From Candidatus Binatia bacterium (lineage in GTDB: Bacteria > Desulfobacterota > Binatia > Bin18), in the NCBI GenBank assembly GCA_963666315.2, contig CAXXHG010000009.1, positions 1 through 57,910 on the forward strand: a stretch of DNA of 57,910 nucleotides. Reading direction: 5' to 3'. Under the pieces are notes generated by a model that had not been told where the DNA came from, ran no database searches, and saw nothing but the letters and a program-made list of their open reading frames with translations. Both the position numbers and the translations under genes were made by a program. Shown here in pieces: positions 8,576 to 18,704 of the stretch (positions are counted from its first letter, which is position 1; the number at the start of each line of letters is the position of its first letter).

Positions 8576-10951
8576 ATGAAAAAATCGGCGGTGGCGGAGC
8601 GGATTCTGAGCACGGACCTGGGCACGGAAGCGGAAGCACGCTACCTCAATTACGCCCTCAGCGTCATTACCTCACGGGCATTGCCCGACATCAGAGATGG
8701 CCTCAAGCCCGTCCAGAGACGGCTGTTGTATGCCATGCATCAAAACCTGAGACTCGGTGGAGATGCCCGCCCACGTAAATCTGCTGCGATTGTGGGCGAA
8801 GTCCTCGGGAAATACCATCCGCACGGCGACCAGGCTGCCTACCAAGCCATGGTGCGCATGGCGCAACCGTTTTCTTTGCGTTACCCGCTGGTGCACGGCG
8901 AAGGCAATTTTGGCTCACTCGACGGCGACAACGCGGCCGCCATGCGCTACACCGAGGCTAAGCTCGCGCCGTTATCCGAAGAATTTTTCCGTAACTTACG
9001 TGGCCAGACCATACCCTATCGTCCGAACTATGATGCCACTATTGATGAGCCGGTCGTGCTTCCTGCCGCCCTGCCCCAACTGCTCTTAAACGGCGCCAGC
9101 GGCATTGCCGTGGGCATGGCGACCAGCATTCCACCCCATAATTTTACTGAGGTCATAAAGGCGCTGTTGGCGATGATCGATGAGCCCGACATCACCACAG
9201 CCGGATTGCTGAAATACATCAAAGGCCCGGACTTTCCGACTGGTGGAGAAATCTTAACCAGTAAACGCGAGCTGCGAGAGATATACGAAAAAGGCCAGGG
9301 CTCGGTCAAACTACGCGGGGAGTGGAAGGTCGAGAGCCTCCCCCGTGGCAAACGCCAGCTGGTTATTACCTCGCTGCCCTACACCGTCAATAAAGCCCAA
9401 CTGGTTGAGAAAATCGCCGAGTTTGTCATTAATCGAAAAATCCCGCGAGTTGTCGATGTGCGCGATGAATCGACCGACGACGTCCGCATCGTGCTTGAAC
9501 TCAAAGGCGACACCTCGGATGAGCTGGCCATGGCCTATCTGTATCGCCATACACCACTCCAGACCACGTTTTCGGTCAATCTGACCTGCCTCATTCCGAC
9601 CGGCAATCCGGAAGTGGGCCAGCCGCTGCGTGCCACCCTCGTCGACCTGTGCCGCTATTTCTTAGACTTTCGCTTTACGGTTACCACCAAACGATTCGAA
9701 CATGAGTTACACGAGCTTGAAACGCGCCTGCACATCCTCGCTGGGCTCGCCCTCATTGTTGACCAACTCGACACAGTCATTCGCCTCATCCGCGCTGCAG
9801 CCTCGCGTAAAGATGCACGCGAAAAGCTCATGCAGGGGTTTCGCCTCGATGCGGTCCAGGCGGATGCCATTCTCGACATTCGCTTATACCAACTCGCCCG
9901 GCTGGAAGTCGACAAGATTCAACACGAGCGCCAGGAAAAAGAAAAACGAACCACAGCGCTGCAAGGCTTGCTCGGCAGCAAGGAAAAACGCTGGGCTGTC
10001 ATACGGGATGAGCTACAGGAGATTGGGAAAAAATATGGCGATCGACGCCGTACGGCGCTGCGTTCGGGCGAACAGTTGAACTACGATCCCGAAGCCTATA
10101 TCATGCAGGAAGAGGCGACGGTGGTATTGAGCCGCGACGGCTGGATCAAACGCGTCCGCGAACTCAAGGACCCGAGCAGCACCCGCCTACGCGAAGGGGA
10201 TGCCATCAAGGCCGTGCTCACCGGTACGACGCGCGACCGTATCGCCATCTTCACCAGCCAGGGCGTGTTATACGTCATGCGCATCAATGACGTTCCTGCC
10301 ACAGCCGGCTATGGTGCGCCTATTCAAACCCTCTTTAATTTTCAAGACGGCGAGCAGATTATCACCACACGCTTAATACAAGATCAGCCGGCGATCAAAA
10401 ATGAACGGCCAAACGGCATAGCCGAGCCGAGACGCGACCAGGGCAATCTCTTCTCTGCTCGGGATCAGGCGAACGGCAACGAAACGTTGAACGGCAACGG
10501 AACGTCCAGCCCACCTTTCCTGCTTGCGACCGCGAAAGGCATGGGTTTTCGCTTTCGCCCTAACATCGAAGAAACCACGCGCAGCGGTCGCAAGATCGCG
10601 CGTTTGTCAGCCGACGATGAGATCATTACCATCCAGCCGATCACCAGCGGACGCACCGTATGCGCCACCGCTGCTGGAAAAATGCTCGCATTTCCGACAG
10701 AAGATATCGCCGAGCTGTCCGGCCCAGGACGCGGGGTCATCCTCATGCGTTTGGATACGGACGACCGCCTGATTGGAGCGGTGACAACCGCGCCGGGAGC
10801 CGGAGTAACGGTCGTAAATACGGACGGCAAGGACCGCAAAATCCCGCTACGAGATCTGCCACTCGGGCGCCGTGCGGGCAAAGGGCAACGTGTCGTCAAG
10901 CGGTCAGTATTAGCCGGCATGTACACTGGAGCGGCGGAGAGGGAAGCGTAA
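8576..10951 (+). CDS. parC: Type IIA topoisomerase A subunit, most likely topoisomerase IV ParC
   Basis: [38 protein letters not shown]; no QxRGGxG GyrA-box at the start of the C-terminal domain. Confidence 0.85.
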   Translation: MKKSAVAERILSTDLGTEAEARYLNYALSVITSRALPDIRDGLKPVQRRLLYAMHQNLRLGGDARPRKSAAIVGEVLGKYHPHGDQAAYQAMVRMAQPFSLRYPLVHGEGNFGSLDGDNAAAMRYTEAKLAPLSEEFFRNLRGQTIPYRPNYDATIDEPVVLPAALPQLLLNGASGIAVGMATSIPPHNFTEVIKALLAMIDEPDITTAGLLKYIKGPDFPTGGEILTSKRELREIYEKGQGSVKLRGEWKVESLPRGKRQLVITSLPYTVNKAQLVEKIAEFVINRKIPRVVDVRDESTDDVRIVLELKGDTSDELAMAYLYRHTPLQTTFSVNLTCLIPTGNPEVGQPLRATLVDLCRYFLDFRFTVTTKRFEHELHELETRLHILAGLALIVDQLDTVIRLIRAAASRKDAREKLMQGFRLDAVQADAILDIRLYQLARLEVDKIQHERQEKEKRTTALQGLLGSKEKRWAVIRDELQEIGKKYGDRRRTALRSGEQLNYDPEAYIMQEEATVVLSRDGWIKRVRELKDPSSTRLREGDAIKAVLTGTTRDRIAIFTSQGVLYVMRINDVPATAGYGAPIQTLFNFQDGEQIITTRLIQDQPAIKNERPNGIAEPRRDQGNLFSARDQANGNETLNGNGTSSPPFLLATAKGMGFRFRPNIEETTRSGRKIARLSADDEIITIQPITSGRTVCATAAGKMLAFPTEDIAELSGPGRGVILMRLDTDDRLIGAVTTAPGAGVTVVNTDGKDRKIPLRDLPLGRRAGKGQRVVKRSVLAGMYTGAAEREA

Positions 10952-10952
10952 T

Positions 10953-12878
10953 ATGGCAGCGCGCAACAATTCCAATAAGGCCTACACGGCGAAAGATATT
11001 ACTGTTCTTGAGGGCCTCGATCCGGTCCGCAAACGTCCCGGCATGTATATTGGTGGGGTCGATGTTACCGGCCTGCATCATCTCATCTGGGAACTGCTCG
11101 ACAATGCGGTGGATGAGGCCATGAACGGCCATGCCAGCCGGATTGAAGTCACCCTGCATCAAGACGGCTCAACCGTAAGCGTTGCGGACAACGGGCGCGG
11201 CATTCCCATTGATATGCATCCCAAGTTCAAAAAACCGGCTCTCGAATTGATCCTCACCACATTGCATGCAGGTGGAAAATTCGGCGACCAGAACTACTCC
11301 CATTCCGGCGGGCTGCACGGTGTAGGGGCATCGGTGGTCAACGCGCTGGCCGACCGTCTGATGGCGAGTATCAGACGAGACGGGGTGGAGTGGGAACAGC
11401 GGTTTGTGCGGGGCAAGGCCACAACAAAACTCAAACAGATCGGGGAAGCGCGCGGACACGGGACAACGCTCACCTTTCATCCGGATCCGGACATCTTCCC
11501 TTCGATTGACTTTAGCCCGCAACGCATTGCCGAGCGGCTTGAGGCCAAAGCCTATCTGCATAAGGGCCTGACGCTCGTCTTTCGCAATGCAGTCAGCCGC
11601 GAAACGCAGCAGTATTCCTACAAGGACGGGCTCAACGCCTATCTTGAGAAACTGATACAGGACGGCGAAAAAAAAGCCATTATCTCGGAAGTCTTCCGTC
11701 TGGAACGCGAAAAGGATCCCCCGCTGGAATGCGTCCTAACCTGGACCGAGTCACCCGAAGAGCGCATTCACTCATTTGTGAACGGTATCCCAACCCCACA
11801 CGGCGGCACGCATGAAACCGGCTTAAAGACCGGTATTGTCAAAGCGGTCCGCAACTATATCAACGTCAATAACCTCGCCCCCAAAGGCTTACCCCTAACA
11901 GCCGAAGACACGCGTGAAGGGCTTGTGGCCATTCTGAGTCTCTACCTCAAAGAACCCCAGTTCCAAGGCCAGACCAAAGAGAAGTTGGGCAACCCGGAAA
12001 CAACCGCTCAGATTGACAGCCTCATCCGGACTGCCCTGGAGAATTTTCTTCTGCATAATCGCTCCCAAGCAGACACCATTGCCCAGCGAGTTATTCTTGC
12101 CGCCCGGGCCCGGTCAGCCTCCCGCGCGGCGCTCGAAACCGTGCGGCGCAAAGGCTCAGTCTCGCATCGCCTGAATCTGCCCGGCAAGCTGGCCGATTGT
12201 TCGTCCACGAATCCGTCTAAGAGTGAGTTATTCATAGTCGAGGGGGATTCAGCCGGCGGCTCTGCCAAACAGGGCCGTGACCGTGGCTTTCAAGCAATAT
12301 TACCCTTGCGTGGCAAGGTCTTAAACACAGAGCAAGCCCCGTTACACAAGGTACTGACCAATAAAGAATTGAACGACATTGTGTCAGCCTTAGGCTGCGG
12401 GGTGGGGAAAGCGTTCGATCTTTCGAAATTACGCTACCATAAGATCTGTCTGCTGATGGACGCGGATTCAGACGGCAACCATATCTGCACCCTATTGCTG
12501 ACCTTTTTTTACCGCCATCTGCTCGGGCTGATCCAAGCCGGCTGTGTGTATATCGCCAAGCCGCCGCTGTATAAAATTGAGGTTGGCAAGGAAGTCTATT
12601 GGGCCGGAGATGATGTAGAGAAAGAACGCATTCTGGCTCAACAAAACGGCCATGCCGGCAAGGCCCAGGTCCAGCGCTTTAAGGGCTTAGGCGAGATGAA
12701 TCCCCGCGCCCTCAAAGAGACTACGCTGGATCCACGCTCGCGCACCTTGCTGCGCATTTCCATAGGAGACGCAGCGCGGACTGAGTCCGCCATCCAAACG
12801 CTGATGGGCAAAGACGTCCAGCCCCGGTTTACCTTCATCATGGATCATGCGCCCAAGGTGGAGGAAATTGACGTTTAG
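10953..12878 (+). CDS. parE: Type IIA topoisomerase B subunit, most likely ParE
   Basis: VRKRPGMYIG, LHAGGKF, GLHGVG, EGDSAGG, PLRGK, DADSDG, RFKGLGEM. Confidence 0.85.
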   Translation: MAARNNSNKAYTAKDITVLEGLDPVRKRPGMYIGGVDVTGLHHLIWELLDNAVDEAMNGHASRIEVTLHQDGSTVSVADNGRGIPIDMHPKFKKPALELILTTLHAGGKFGDQNYSHSGGLHGVGASVVNALADRLMASIRRDGVEWEQRFVRGKATTKLKQIGEARGHGTTLTFHPDPDIFPSIDFSPQRIAERLEAKAYLHKGLTLVFRNAVSRETQQYSYKDGLNAYLEKLIQDGEKKAIISEVFRLEREKDPPLECVLTWTESPEERIHSFVNGIPTPHGGTHETGLKTGIVKAVRNYINVNNLAPKGLPLTAEDTREGLVAILSLYLKEPQFQGQTKEKLGNPETTAQIDSLIRTALENFLLHNRSQADTIAQRVILAARARSASRAALETVRRKGSVSHRLNLPGKLADCSSTNPSKSELFIVEGDSAGGSAKQGRDRGFQAILPLRGKVLNTEQAPLHKVLTNKELNDIVSALGCGVGKAFDLSKLRYHKICLLMDADSDGNHICTLLLTFFYRHLLGLIQAGCVYIAKPPLYKIEVGKEVYWAGDDVEKERILAQQNGHAGKAQVQRFKGLGEMNPRALKETTLDPRSRTLLRISIGDAARTESAIQTLMGKDVQPRFTFIMDHAPKVEEIDV

Positions 12879-12884
12879 GAATGT

Positions 12885-13362
12885 ATGCCAAAGCGACATC
12901 CCAGCCTCATGCCCTTCTCGCGTGAACATCACCGCGGCTTGCTGCTCGCTTTTCGCCTCACAGTCGGTCTGCCAAAGAATCGCAAACCTGACGACAGTCC
13001 CCAGGAGCAGGCAGGCGACACGGTGCGTTTTTTTAGGCAGACCCTGGAGCCACACTTCGCGGCCGAAGAGGACATCTTTTTCGCTGCTATTTGTCGTATC
13101 CAGCCACAAGCCGAAGCGCTCCTGACCCAACTCAAACACGAGCACGCCGACATAGGACAGCTCGTTAACAAGATTGGACAACACGCATCTGCAGGCGGCT
13201 CCCTGGGCGCACACTCCTCTCCTCACTAGGCGCCATCCTTGAGCGCCATATTCGGCGTGAAGAACGCGAACTTTTTCCGCTGTATGAGGCGCATGTTCTG
13301 AAGCCGAGGCCGCGCGTCTTGCCACCGCCCTCACCAACGCGCTTGCGGACGGTCTTCCTTGA
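12885..13362 (+). pseudogene. Hemerythrin/HHE cation-binding domain protein, frameshifted
   Basis: SREHH and PHFAAEE lie in the annotated frame; the C-terminal HIRREERELFP lies in another frame after ~13215. A second probable shift near 13278 leads to a TGA near 13362. Confidence 0.75.
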
Positions 13363-13428
13363 CAGGGCCTGTTGCAACCGGATAGGGGAAGCAGAGTAGA
13401 GACGCAGACATTCAAGAAGGAGGTTGCT

Positions 13429-13824
13429 ATGCAATTTTTACACACCATGATTCGGGTCAACAATATGGACGAATCGATCAAATTCTATTGCGACGCGCTG
13501 GGCATGAAACTGTTGCGTAAGCGAGACTATCCGGGCGGAGACTTCACCCTGGCCTTTGTCGGCTATGGGGACGAAAAGAATAATACCGTCGTCGAGCTGA
13601 CCCACAACTGGGGTACCTCAAGCTACGATCAAGGCAACGCTTTCGGACATCTGGCGCTGGGCGTGGATGATATTTATAAGACCTGTGATGAACTCAAGGC
13701 GAAAGGCGTCAATGTCGTCCGCGAACCCGGTCCGATGGCGCATGGTGGCGCAGTCATTGCGTTTATTGAAGACCCGAATGGCTACAAGGTTGAACTGATC
13801 GATCTCAAAGGCGCACGCGGCTAA
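13429..13824 (+). CDS. gloA: Lactoylglutathione lyase (glyoxalase I)
   Basis: LHTMIRV, ELTHNWG, FGHLAL, REPGPM, FIEDPNGYKVE; AGGAGG RBS. Confidence 0.95.
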   Translation: MQFLHTMIRVNNMDESIKFYCDALGMKLLRKRDYPGGDFTLAFVGYGDEKNNTVVELTHNWGTSSYDQGNAFGHLALGVDDIYKTCDELKAKGVNVVREPGPMAHGGAVIAFIEDPNGYKVELIDLKGARG

Positions 13825-13834
13825 ATCGATACTC

Positions 13835-13871
13835 CCCTCACCCACAGTCGCTGCTCAGACGCGGGTGAGGG
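13835..13871. repeat. Intergenic inverted repeat CCCTCACCC...GGGTGAGGG
   Basis: Perfect 9-bp arms at 13835-13843 and 13863-13871, directly after gloA. Confidence 0.5.
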
Positions 13872-13931
13872 TTGCTCTGGACTGACGCTCTACACCAAGG
13901 CAACGACACACTGCTCTCAAAGGAGACCGGC

Positions 13932-14324
13932 ATGCTACAAGCAGCAAAAGACTCAATTGACGTTGGTATTTTTGTCAAAGACATCAGCACCATGCTCGAC
14001 TTTTACCAAGGCACTCTGGGTCTAGAAAAAACCGAAGAGGTTGCCACGGCCTTTGGCACGATCCACAGATTTCACTATGGCACGAGCGACATTAAACTCA
14101 TGGACCCCAAGGAAATCCCACCTGCCGCCCCCAATGGTTTTGGCAAGCGGCTGGGCATAGCCTATATCACGTTTGTGATTAAAGACCTGAGCGGGCTCTG
14201 CGCCGCACTCAAAGAAAAAGGTGCCGAGTTCACCATCCCAGAGACCGAAATCCGCCCCGGCACCCGGATCGCCATGATCAAAGACCCGGAAGGTAATATC
14301 CTCGAGTTTGTCGAGCGCGGATAA
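13932..14324 (+). CDS. VOC/glyoxalase-family protein
   Basis: FYQGTLGL and IKDPEGNILEF; AGGAG RBS before ATG 13932. Confidence 0.85.
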   Translation: MLQAAKDSIDVGIFVKDISTMLDFYQGTLGLEKTEEVATAFGTIHRFHYGTSDIKLMDPKEIPPAAPNGFGKRLGIAYITFVIKDLSGLCAALKEKGAEFTIPETEIRPGTRIAMIKDPEGNILEFVERG

Positions 14325-14386
14325 GACCTGCTGTTGGAGCGCACGTCCGTGCGCTCTTTCTTGACGAGCTATACCCCTACGCGCTC

Positions 14387-15640
14387 TTATGCGCTTTTGC
14401 GCCGTCGGCCACGCGGCCCAAAATGCCGGATGGATCCACTCGCGATACGAGCCGCGCGTGATGCCGCCGGCTTTTCAAACCGACGGACGGTAAATGAGGT
14501 CGGTTCAAACCCACGTATCACCTTACGCGGAACTTCCTCGCCCAAGAGGCTTTCGATAGCGTGAACGGCATCAATCTCATCCGCCGAAACAAAGGTGATG
14601 GCTTCACCTTTGGCTTCAGCCCGAGCTGTGCGACCGATCCGATGCACGTAATCTTCCGGACTGTTCGGCACATCAAAATTCACGACGTGGGAAATGCCTT
14701 CGACATCAAGGCCGCGTGACGCAATATCAGTTGCGATCAGGACGTCCACCTGTCCGTTCCGAAAGCGGTCGAGCGTCTGCGTGCGCGTACGCTGAGTTTT
14801 ATCCCCGTGGAGTGCGGCCACTCTGCGATCCGTCTTGGACAAGTGCTTAGCCAGACGGTCAGCCCGAATCTTCGTACGGGTAAAGACGAGCACATGCCGC
14901 ATATTGCTGCTTTGTAACAGATGGTTCAAGAGATCGCGTTTCTGCTCGACCTCCACGAGATAGAGCACCTGCCGCACGGTCGGGACCGGAGTGGCCCGCT
15001 GACCAATATCAATGACCTCTGGTGTCCTGAGGGTCTCTTTTGCAAGGCGTTCAATCTCTTGGGGCATTGTTGCTGAAAATAAGAGTGTTTGTCGAGATGG
15101 GGGTAAGGCTCGCAGGATGCGACGTACGTCGGGTAAGAACCCCATGTCGAGCATCCGGTCGGCTTCATCAAGGACCAGGCAGTGTAGATTCGGAAATTTC
15201 ACCGTGCCCCTATTCATGTGGTCGAGCAGTCGCCCCGGCGTGGCGATCAACAGATCCGTCCCCCCACGCAGTCGATCTGCCTGCGGCCCCAGGCCCACCC
15301 CACCAAAGACGACGGTCGTTCGTACGTTCAGGTATTTGCCGTAGGTTCGGGCACTCTCCCCGATCTGCATCGCCAATTCTCGGGTCGGGGTGAGGACTAA
15401 TGCGCGCACCCCGCGACGTTCTTCTTGTGCCAGGCGCTGGAGGATGGGTAACAGAAAGCCTGCCGTCTTCCCTGTACCCGTCTGCGCGCAGGCCACGATA
15501 TCGCTGCCGCGGAAGACCGTAGGGATCGCTCGGACCTGAATCGGTGTGGGCGTCTTATACTGCGCATCATCGACGGCGCGCAGTAATTTGGGCATGAGCC
15601 CAAGTTCAGTAAATCCAGTCAGTTCGGTTAATGTTGTCAA
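14387..15640 (-). CDS. DEAD-box ATP-dependent RNA helicase (RhlE-like), TTG start
   Basis: PTPIQ, AQTGTGKT, PTRELA, TPGRL, DEAD, SAT, SRGLD, HRIGRTAR, basic tail. Confidence 0.95.
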   Translation of the reverse strand: MTTLTELTGFTELGLMPKLLRAVDDAQYKTPTPIQVRAIPTVFRGSDIVACAQTGTGKTAGFLLPILQRLAQEERRGVRALVLTPTRELAMQIGESARTYGKYLNVRTTVVFGGVGLGPQADRLRGGTDLLIATPGRLLDHMNRGTVKFPNLHCLVLDEADRMLDMGFLPDVRRILRALPPSRQTLLFSATMPQEIERLAKETLRTPEVIDIGQRATPVPTVRQVLYLVEVEQKRDLLNHLLQSSNMRHVLVFTRTKIRADRLAKHLSKTDRRVAALHGDKTQRTRTQTLDRFRNGQVDVLIATDIASRGLDVEGISHVVNFDVPNSPEDYVHRIGRTARAEAKGEAITFVSADEIDAVHAIESLLGEEVPRKVIRGFEPTSFTVRRFEKPAASRAARIASGSIRHFGPRGRRRKSA

Positions 15641-15810
15641 AGGGTCGTCTCTTTCTCCGTGGGGCCCAGGTACACGGACGGATGTAGCGCTGACGGTCAG
15701 CGCGTGCTGTTGATGTAAAGAACCTGGTAAAAGTGGAACTCGCGTCTGGGCGACAGGAGGCCCGCTTCTGAGCGGGATATCTTACGAAGGGGAAAGAGAC
15801 CTGCTCGCGG
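15641..15810 (-). promoter_or_regulatory. Putative structured 5' leader of the DEAD-box helicase gene
   Basis: Four helices visible; the outer one covers part of the Shine-Dalgarno region (see findings). Confidence 0.5.
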
Positions 15811-15873
15811 TTCGGCAGCTAGTTAGTCCTTAGGATACCTGACTCACAGTGAGAATGCTAGTCCCACTATACG

Positions 15874-16281
15874 CTAGGCGAGTTCAGCCTTTCGTTTCGT
15901 CAGCATGATAGCCGAGCCGAGGGAAACTCCGACGGCAACACCAGAGTACACAATACTGCCGACAATGCCCAACTGATCGGCTCCCTCGGCATCTCGAAAC
16001 ATAAACATGAGCAAGTTCAGCATGACGTATAAGGCATACGCTTGGGCCATGCCGACGGCGAAGCGTTTCATATTCCAGATGCCGTAGGCATACACGAGCA
16101 AATAGAGGCCAGCGATGATTCCGGCTATCACGTTCGGCGTGCCGACCAGACGAGTGCCGAATAAGACGAAGCCGGTTTCCTCTCCTCCGATTTGGAGAGG
16201 TTTCAATAAATTCGACACCGCTAAGAGTGCGAACAAGACGGCAAAGATCGTGAGTGTCATACCACGTTTGGTTTGTGCCAT
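15874..16281 (-). CDS. Hypothetical four-TM membrane protein
   Basis: 135-aa ORF with four hydrophobic segments and an AGGAG RBS. Confidence 0.75.
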   Translation of the reverse strand: MAQTKRGMTLTIFAVLFALLAVSNLLKPLQIGGEETGFVLFGTRLVGTPNVIAGIIAGLYLLVYAYGIWNMKRFAVGMAQAYALYVMLNLLMFMFRDAEGADQLGIVGSIVYSGVAVGVSLGSAIMLTKRKAELA

Positions 16282-16526
16282 GGATTCTCCTCTCAGAAAA
16301 AGGCGTCTAGCAGTGTGCGCTTATACCTGCCCCTATACCTGCCAATGACAGTTCGTCGGGTTTAAAAAGAGTCCCAACGTTATAACAACTCCGGCAACGC
16401 GGGCAAGCGTACGGGAAAGCGCGCACGCAATCGATCTGCAGCAAGGTAGAAATGCACCCAGAGTTCCGGTAGGAAGGCAAAGGGCAATCGCATACTTTTT
16501 GATGGTATTGAGATTGGGGGAACAGG

Positions 16527-17306
16527 ATGACGATACACCTACGACAAATCTGTTTAGTGGCAGACAAGCTCAGACCTGCGGTCGAAGACTTTACATCTAT
16601 TTTCGGCCTTGAGGTCTGTTTTGTTGACAAGGGTGTGAGCGCTTTCGGACTGGAAAACTCACTCTTTCCGGTTGGACCTAATTTCTTTGAAATTGTCGCG
16701 CCTATCAAGAACAATACGGCGGTAGGTCGGTTTCTGAAACGCCGAAACGGAAACGGCGGCTATATGGTCATTTGTCAATGTGATAGCTTGCAAACGCAAC
16801 AGGCACGCAAGGCTCAGGCTACCAAACTCGGGGTGCGGATTGCGTGGGAGCAAAACATCAACGGCTTTCAGTGTATGCAACTCCACCCGGCGGATACCGG
16901 CGGCGCCTTCTTTGAGCTTGATTGGGACTCCAAAGGGGAGCCACAAGGACACTGGGAACCTGCGGGCGGAAATGGCTGGTCCGCAGCTCGACGCACACAG
17001 GTCATCTCTGACTTTTCCGGCGTGGAACTCCAGTCCCATGAACCACAGTCGCTTGCCCAGCGCTGGAGCAGTATTGCCGGCATTCCGCTCAAGCAAGACA
17101 GTCAGGGGCGGACAATTCTTCCCCTTAAAAACGCACACGTGAAGTTTGTCGAGGCCACAGATGGACGAGGAGATGGGTTAAGTGGAATTGATCTTGTTGT
17201 CGCTGACCGCCAGCGGCTCCTGAAGGAAGCTGAGCAACGGGGCTGTCGCGTGTCTGATGATCAAGTGGAGGTGTGTGGCGTACGCTTTTATCTGAGTGAC
17301 GCGTAG
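16527..17306 (+). CDS. Glyoxalase-like (VOC) domain protein
   Basis: LRQICLVA, FGLENSL, EIVAP, GGYMVI, QLHPADTGG. Confidence 0.8.
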   Translation: MTIHLRQICLVADKLRPAVEDFTSIFGLEVCFVDKGVSAFGLENSLFPVGPNFFEIVAPIKNNTAVGRFLKRRNGNGGYMVICQCDSLQTQQARKAQATKLGVRIAWEQNINGFQCMQLHPADTGGAFFELDWDSKGEPQGHWEPAGGNGWSAARRTQVISDFSGVELQSHEPQSLAQRWSSIAGIPLKQDSQGRTILPLKNAHVKFVEATDGRGDGLSGIDLVVADRQRLLKEAEQRGCRVSDDQVEVCGVRFYLSDA

Positions 17307-17335
17307 TAGGCCTGACAACAGCTTCTCAGGATGAC

Positions 17336-17845
17336 CTAGTGTCCATACTTCTGATCGATAAATCCCTTGATGGCTTCTGGTGGAGCCCCCGATTCAAACA
17401 ATGCCTGCGCATCCTGCGCTTCGCTGAGACAGTGCATTCAACCAGCGGCATGATCGTCTACAAAGCAGTCCAGCAAATTCCTATGTCCAATAGATCGATC
17501 GCAGCCGCAATAGCATCGGAGCTCGGCAAGAATGTCAGGAATAGCTTCAGCGATTTGATAGCCTTCTTTCACTTCTCCAGTAAAAAACTCAGAAGACAGC
17601 GTTGCAGGCAAACTGCCGACTGCTACAGGGCTTTCCTGCGTAGGTTGGACTGCCGTTCGCGGCTTCCCTTCTGCTGGTGCAGTTTCGAATGATTTTAGTG
17701 CACGGACAGGTGGGGTTTGGACATCTTGGCCTACTGTGTGTGTATCCACAGCCCATGCCTCTGATACGAAGGGTTCCAGAGACGATTGGAGCAGTGCGCT
17801 CAACCCGAAGGCAAGCAGCACTGCGCATATCAAATTTCTCGGCAT
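17336..17845 (-). CDS. PCYCGC/CYCxC-motif exported protein; candidate selenoprotein (UGA at 17438-17440 read as Sec), 169 aa
   Basis: Signal-like N-terminus, then RCYCGC...GHRNLLDCF. The frame continues through the TGA as DDHAAG-U-MHC-LSEAQDAQALFESGAPPEAIKGFIDQKYGH* (TAG 17336-17338). Confidence 0.8.
17400..17437 (-). promoter_or_regulatory. Putative bacterial SECIS hairpin
   Basis: mRNA reads UGA AUGCACUGUCUCAGCGAA GCGCA-GGA-UGCGC AG GCAUU: a G-containing apical loop 23 nt after the UGA, with a lower stem AUGC/GCAU. Confidence 0.65.
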
Positions 17846-17921
17846 GCGCGCGATCTCCTTTCTGCACGAGAAGCGGTGTTGTTCACGCTAGCATACATAA
17901 CAGCACCACCCAATAATGGAG

Positions 17922-17966
17922 TTTCCGTCATTCCCATCGTGCCCATCGTTCCCCTCGTGCCCGTCC
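17922..17966. repeat. Imperfect 9-bp tandem repeat (5 units), intergenic
   Basis: TTTCCGTCA TTCCCATCG TGCCCATCG TTCCCCTCG TGCCCGTCC. Confidence 0.6.
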
Positions 17967-18008
17967 AGGAGAGTGGACAAGCTTCCGGTCATCAGGCGGA
18001 AGCCAGAC

Positions 18009-18695
18009 TCAGAGAATGTCGAGGTTCATCGGCTGACGGCGTGTAAAGGCATACAGCTGGGCCGGACGATGAGCGCCCCGCTTTGTCTTGGAGAGTGGCT
18101 TGAGTAAACCCGCACTCAGAATTTTGCGCCGAAAGTTCCGCCGGTCCAGACTGCGGCCGAGAATGATCTCATAGATTTCCTGCAACCCCGCTACCGTAAA
18201 TTCGCGAGACAAAAGGCTGTAGACAATATTCGTGTAGCTCAGCTTGGTCTGGAGTCGCTCCAGAGCGTATGCCGCAATCGCATTATGGTCATAGGCCAGC
18301 TCCGGCAGTGTATGGACGGGAAACCAGTTGATATCGGCATATTTTTCACCCCGCTGAGGAGCATGGTCGAGCGGCGGGACAAGCGCAAAATAGGATACGG
18401 CAACCGTATGCGCTGAGGGATCTCGCTCGGCATCACCAAAGGTATACAGCTGCTCCAGGTACAGATCGCGGACGCCGGTTTTCTCATACAGCTCGCGCTG
18501 GGCGGCCTCGTCGAGCGACTCGCGCGCCCGCACCAGTCCGCCAGGAAAGGCCCACCGGCCGCCAAATACCCCTTTCTTAATCTTGATGAGAAGGGTACGA
18601 AGCTCTCCGTGATTGATGGTAAAAAGGACAGCATCCACAGCAACACGCGGATGTATGTGTGTTACCGCGCGTTGCCTGCCTGTAGTTTTACTCAC
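18009..18695 (-). CDS. nrtR: NrtR Nudix-wHTH regulator of NAD metabolism
   Basis: WAFPGGLV..ESLDEAAQREL.EKTG, LEQLYTFG, LAYDH, LDRRNFRRKIL, HRPAQLY; adjacent to nadA. Confidence 0.92.
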   Translation of the reverse strand: MSKTTGRQRAVTHIHPRVAVDAVLFTINHGELRTLLIKIKKGVFGGRWAFPGGLVRARESLDEAAQRELYEKTGVRDLYLEQLYTFGDAERDPSAHTVAVSYFALVPPLDHAPQRGEKYADINWFPVHTLPELAYDHNAIAAYALERLQTKLSYTNIVYSLLSREFTVAGLQEIYEIILGRSLDRRNFRRKILSAGLLKPLSKTKRGAHRPAQLYAFTRRQPMNLDIL

Positions 18696-18704
18696 AAGAG
18701 CATA

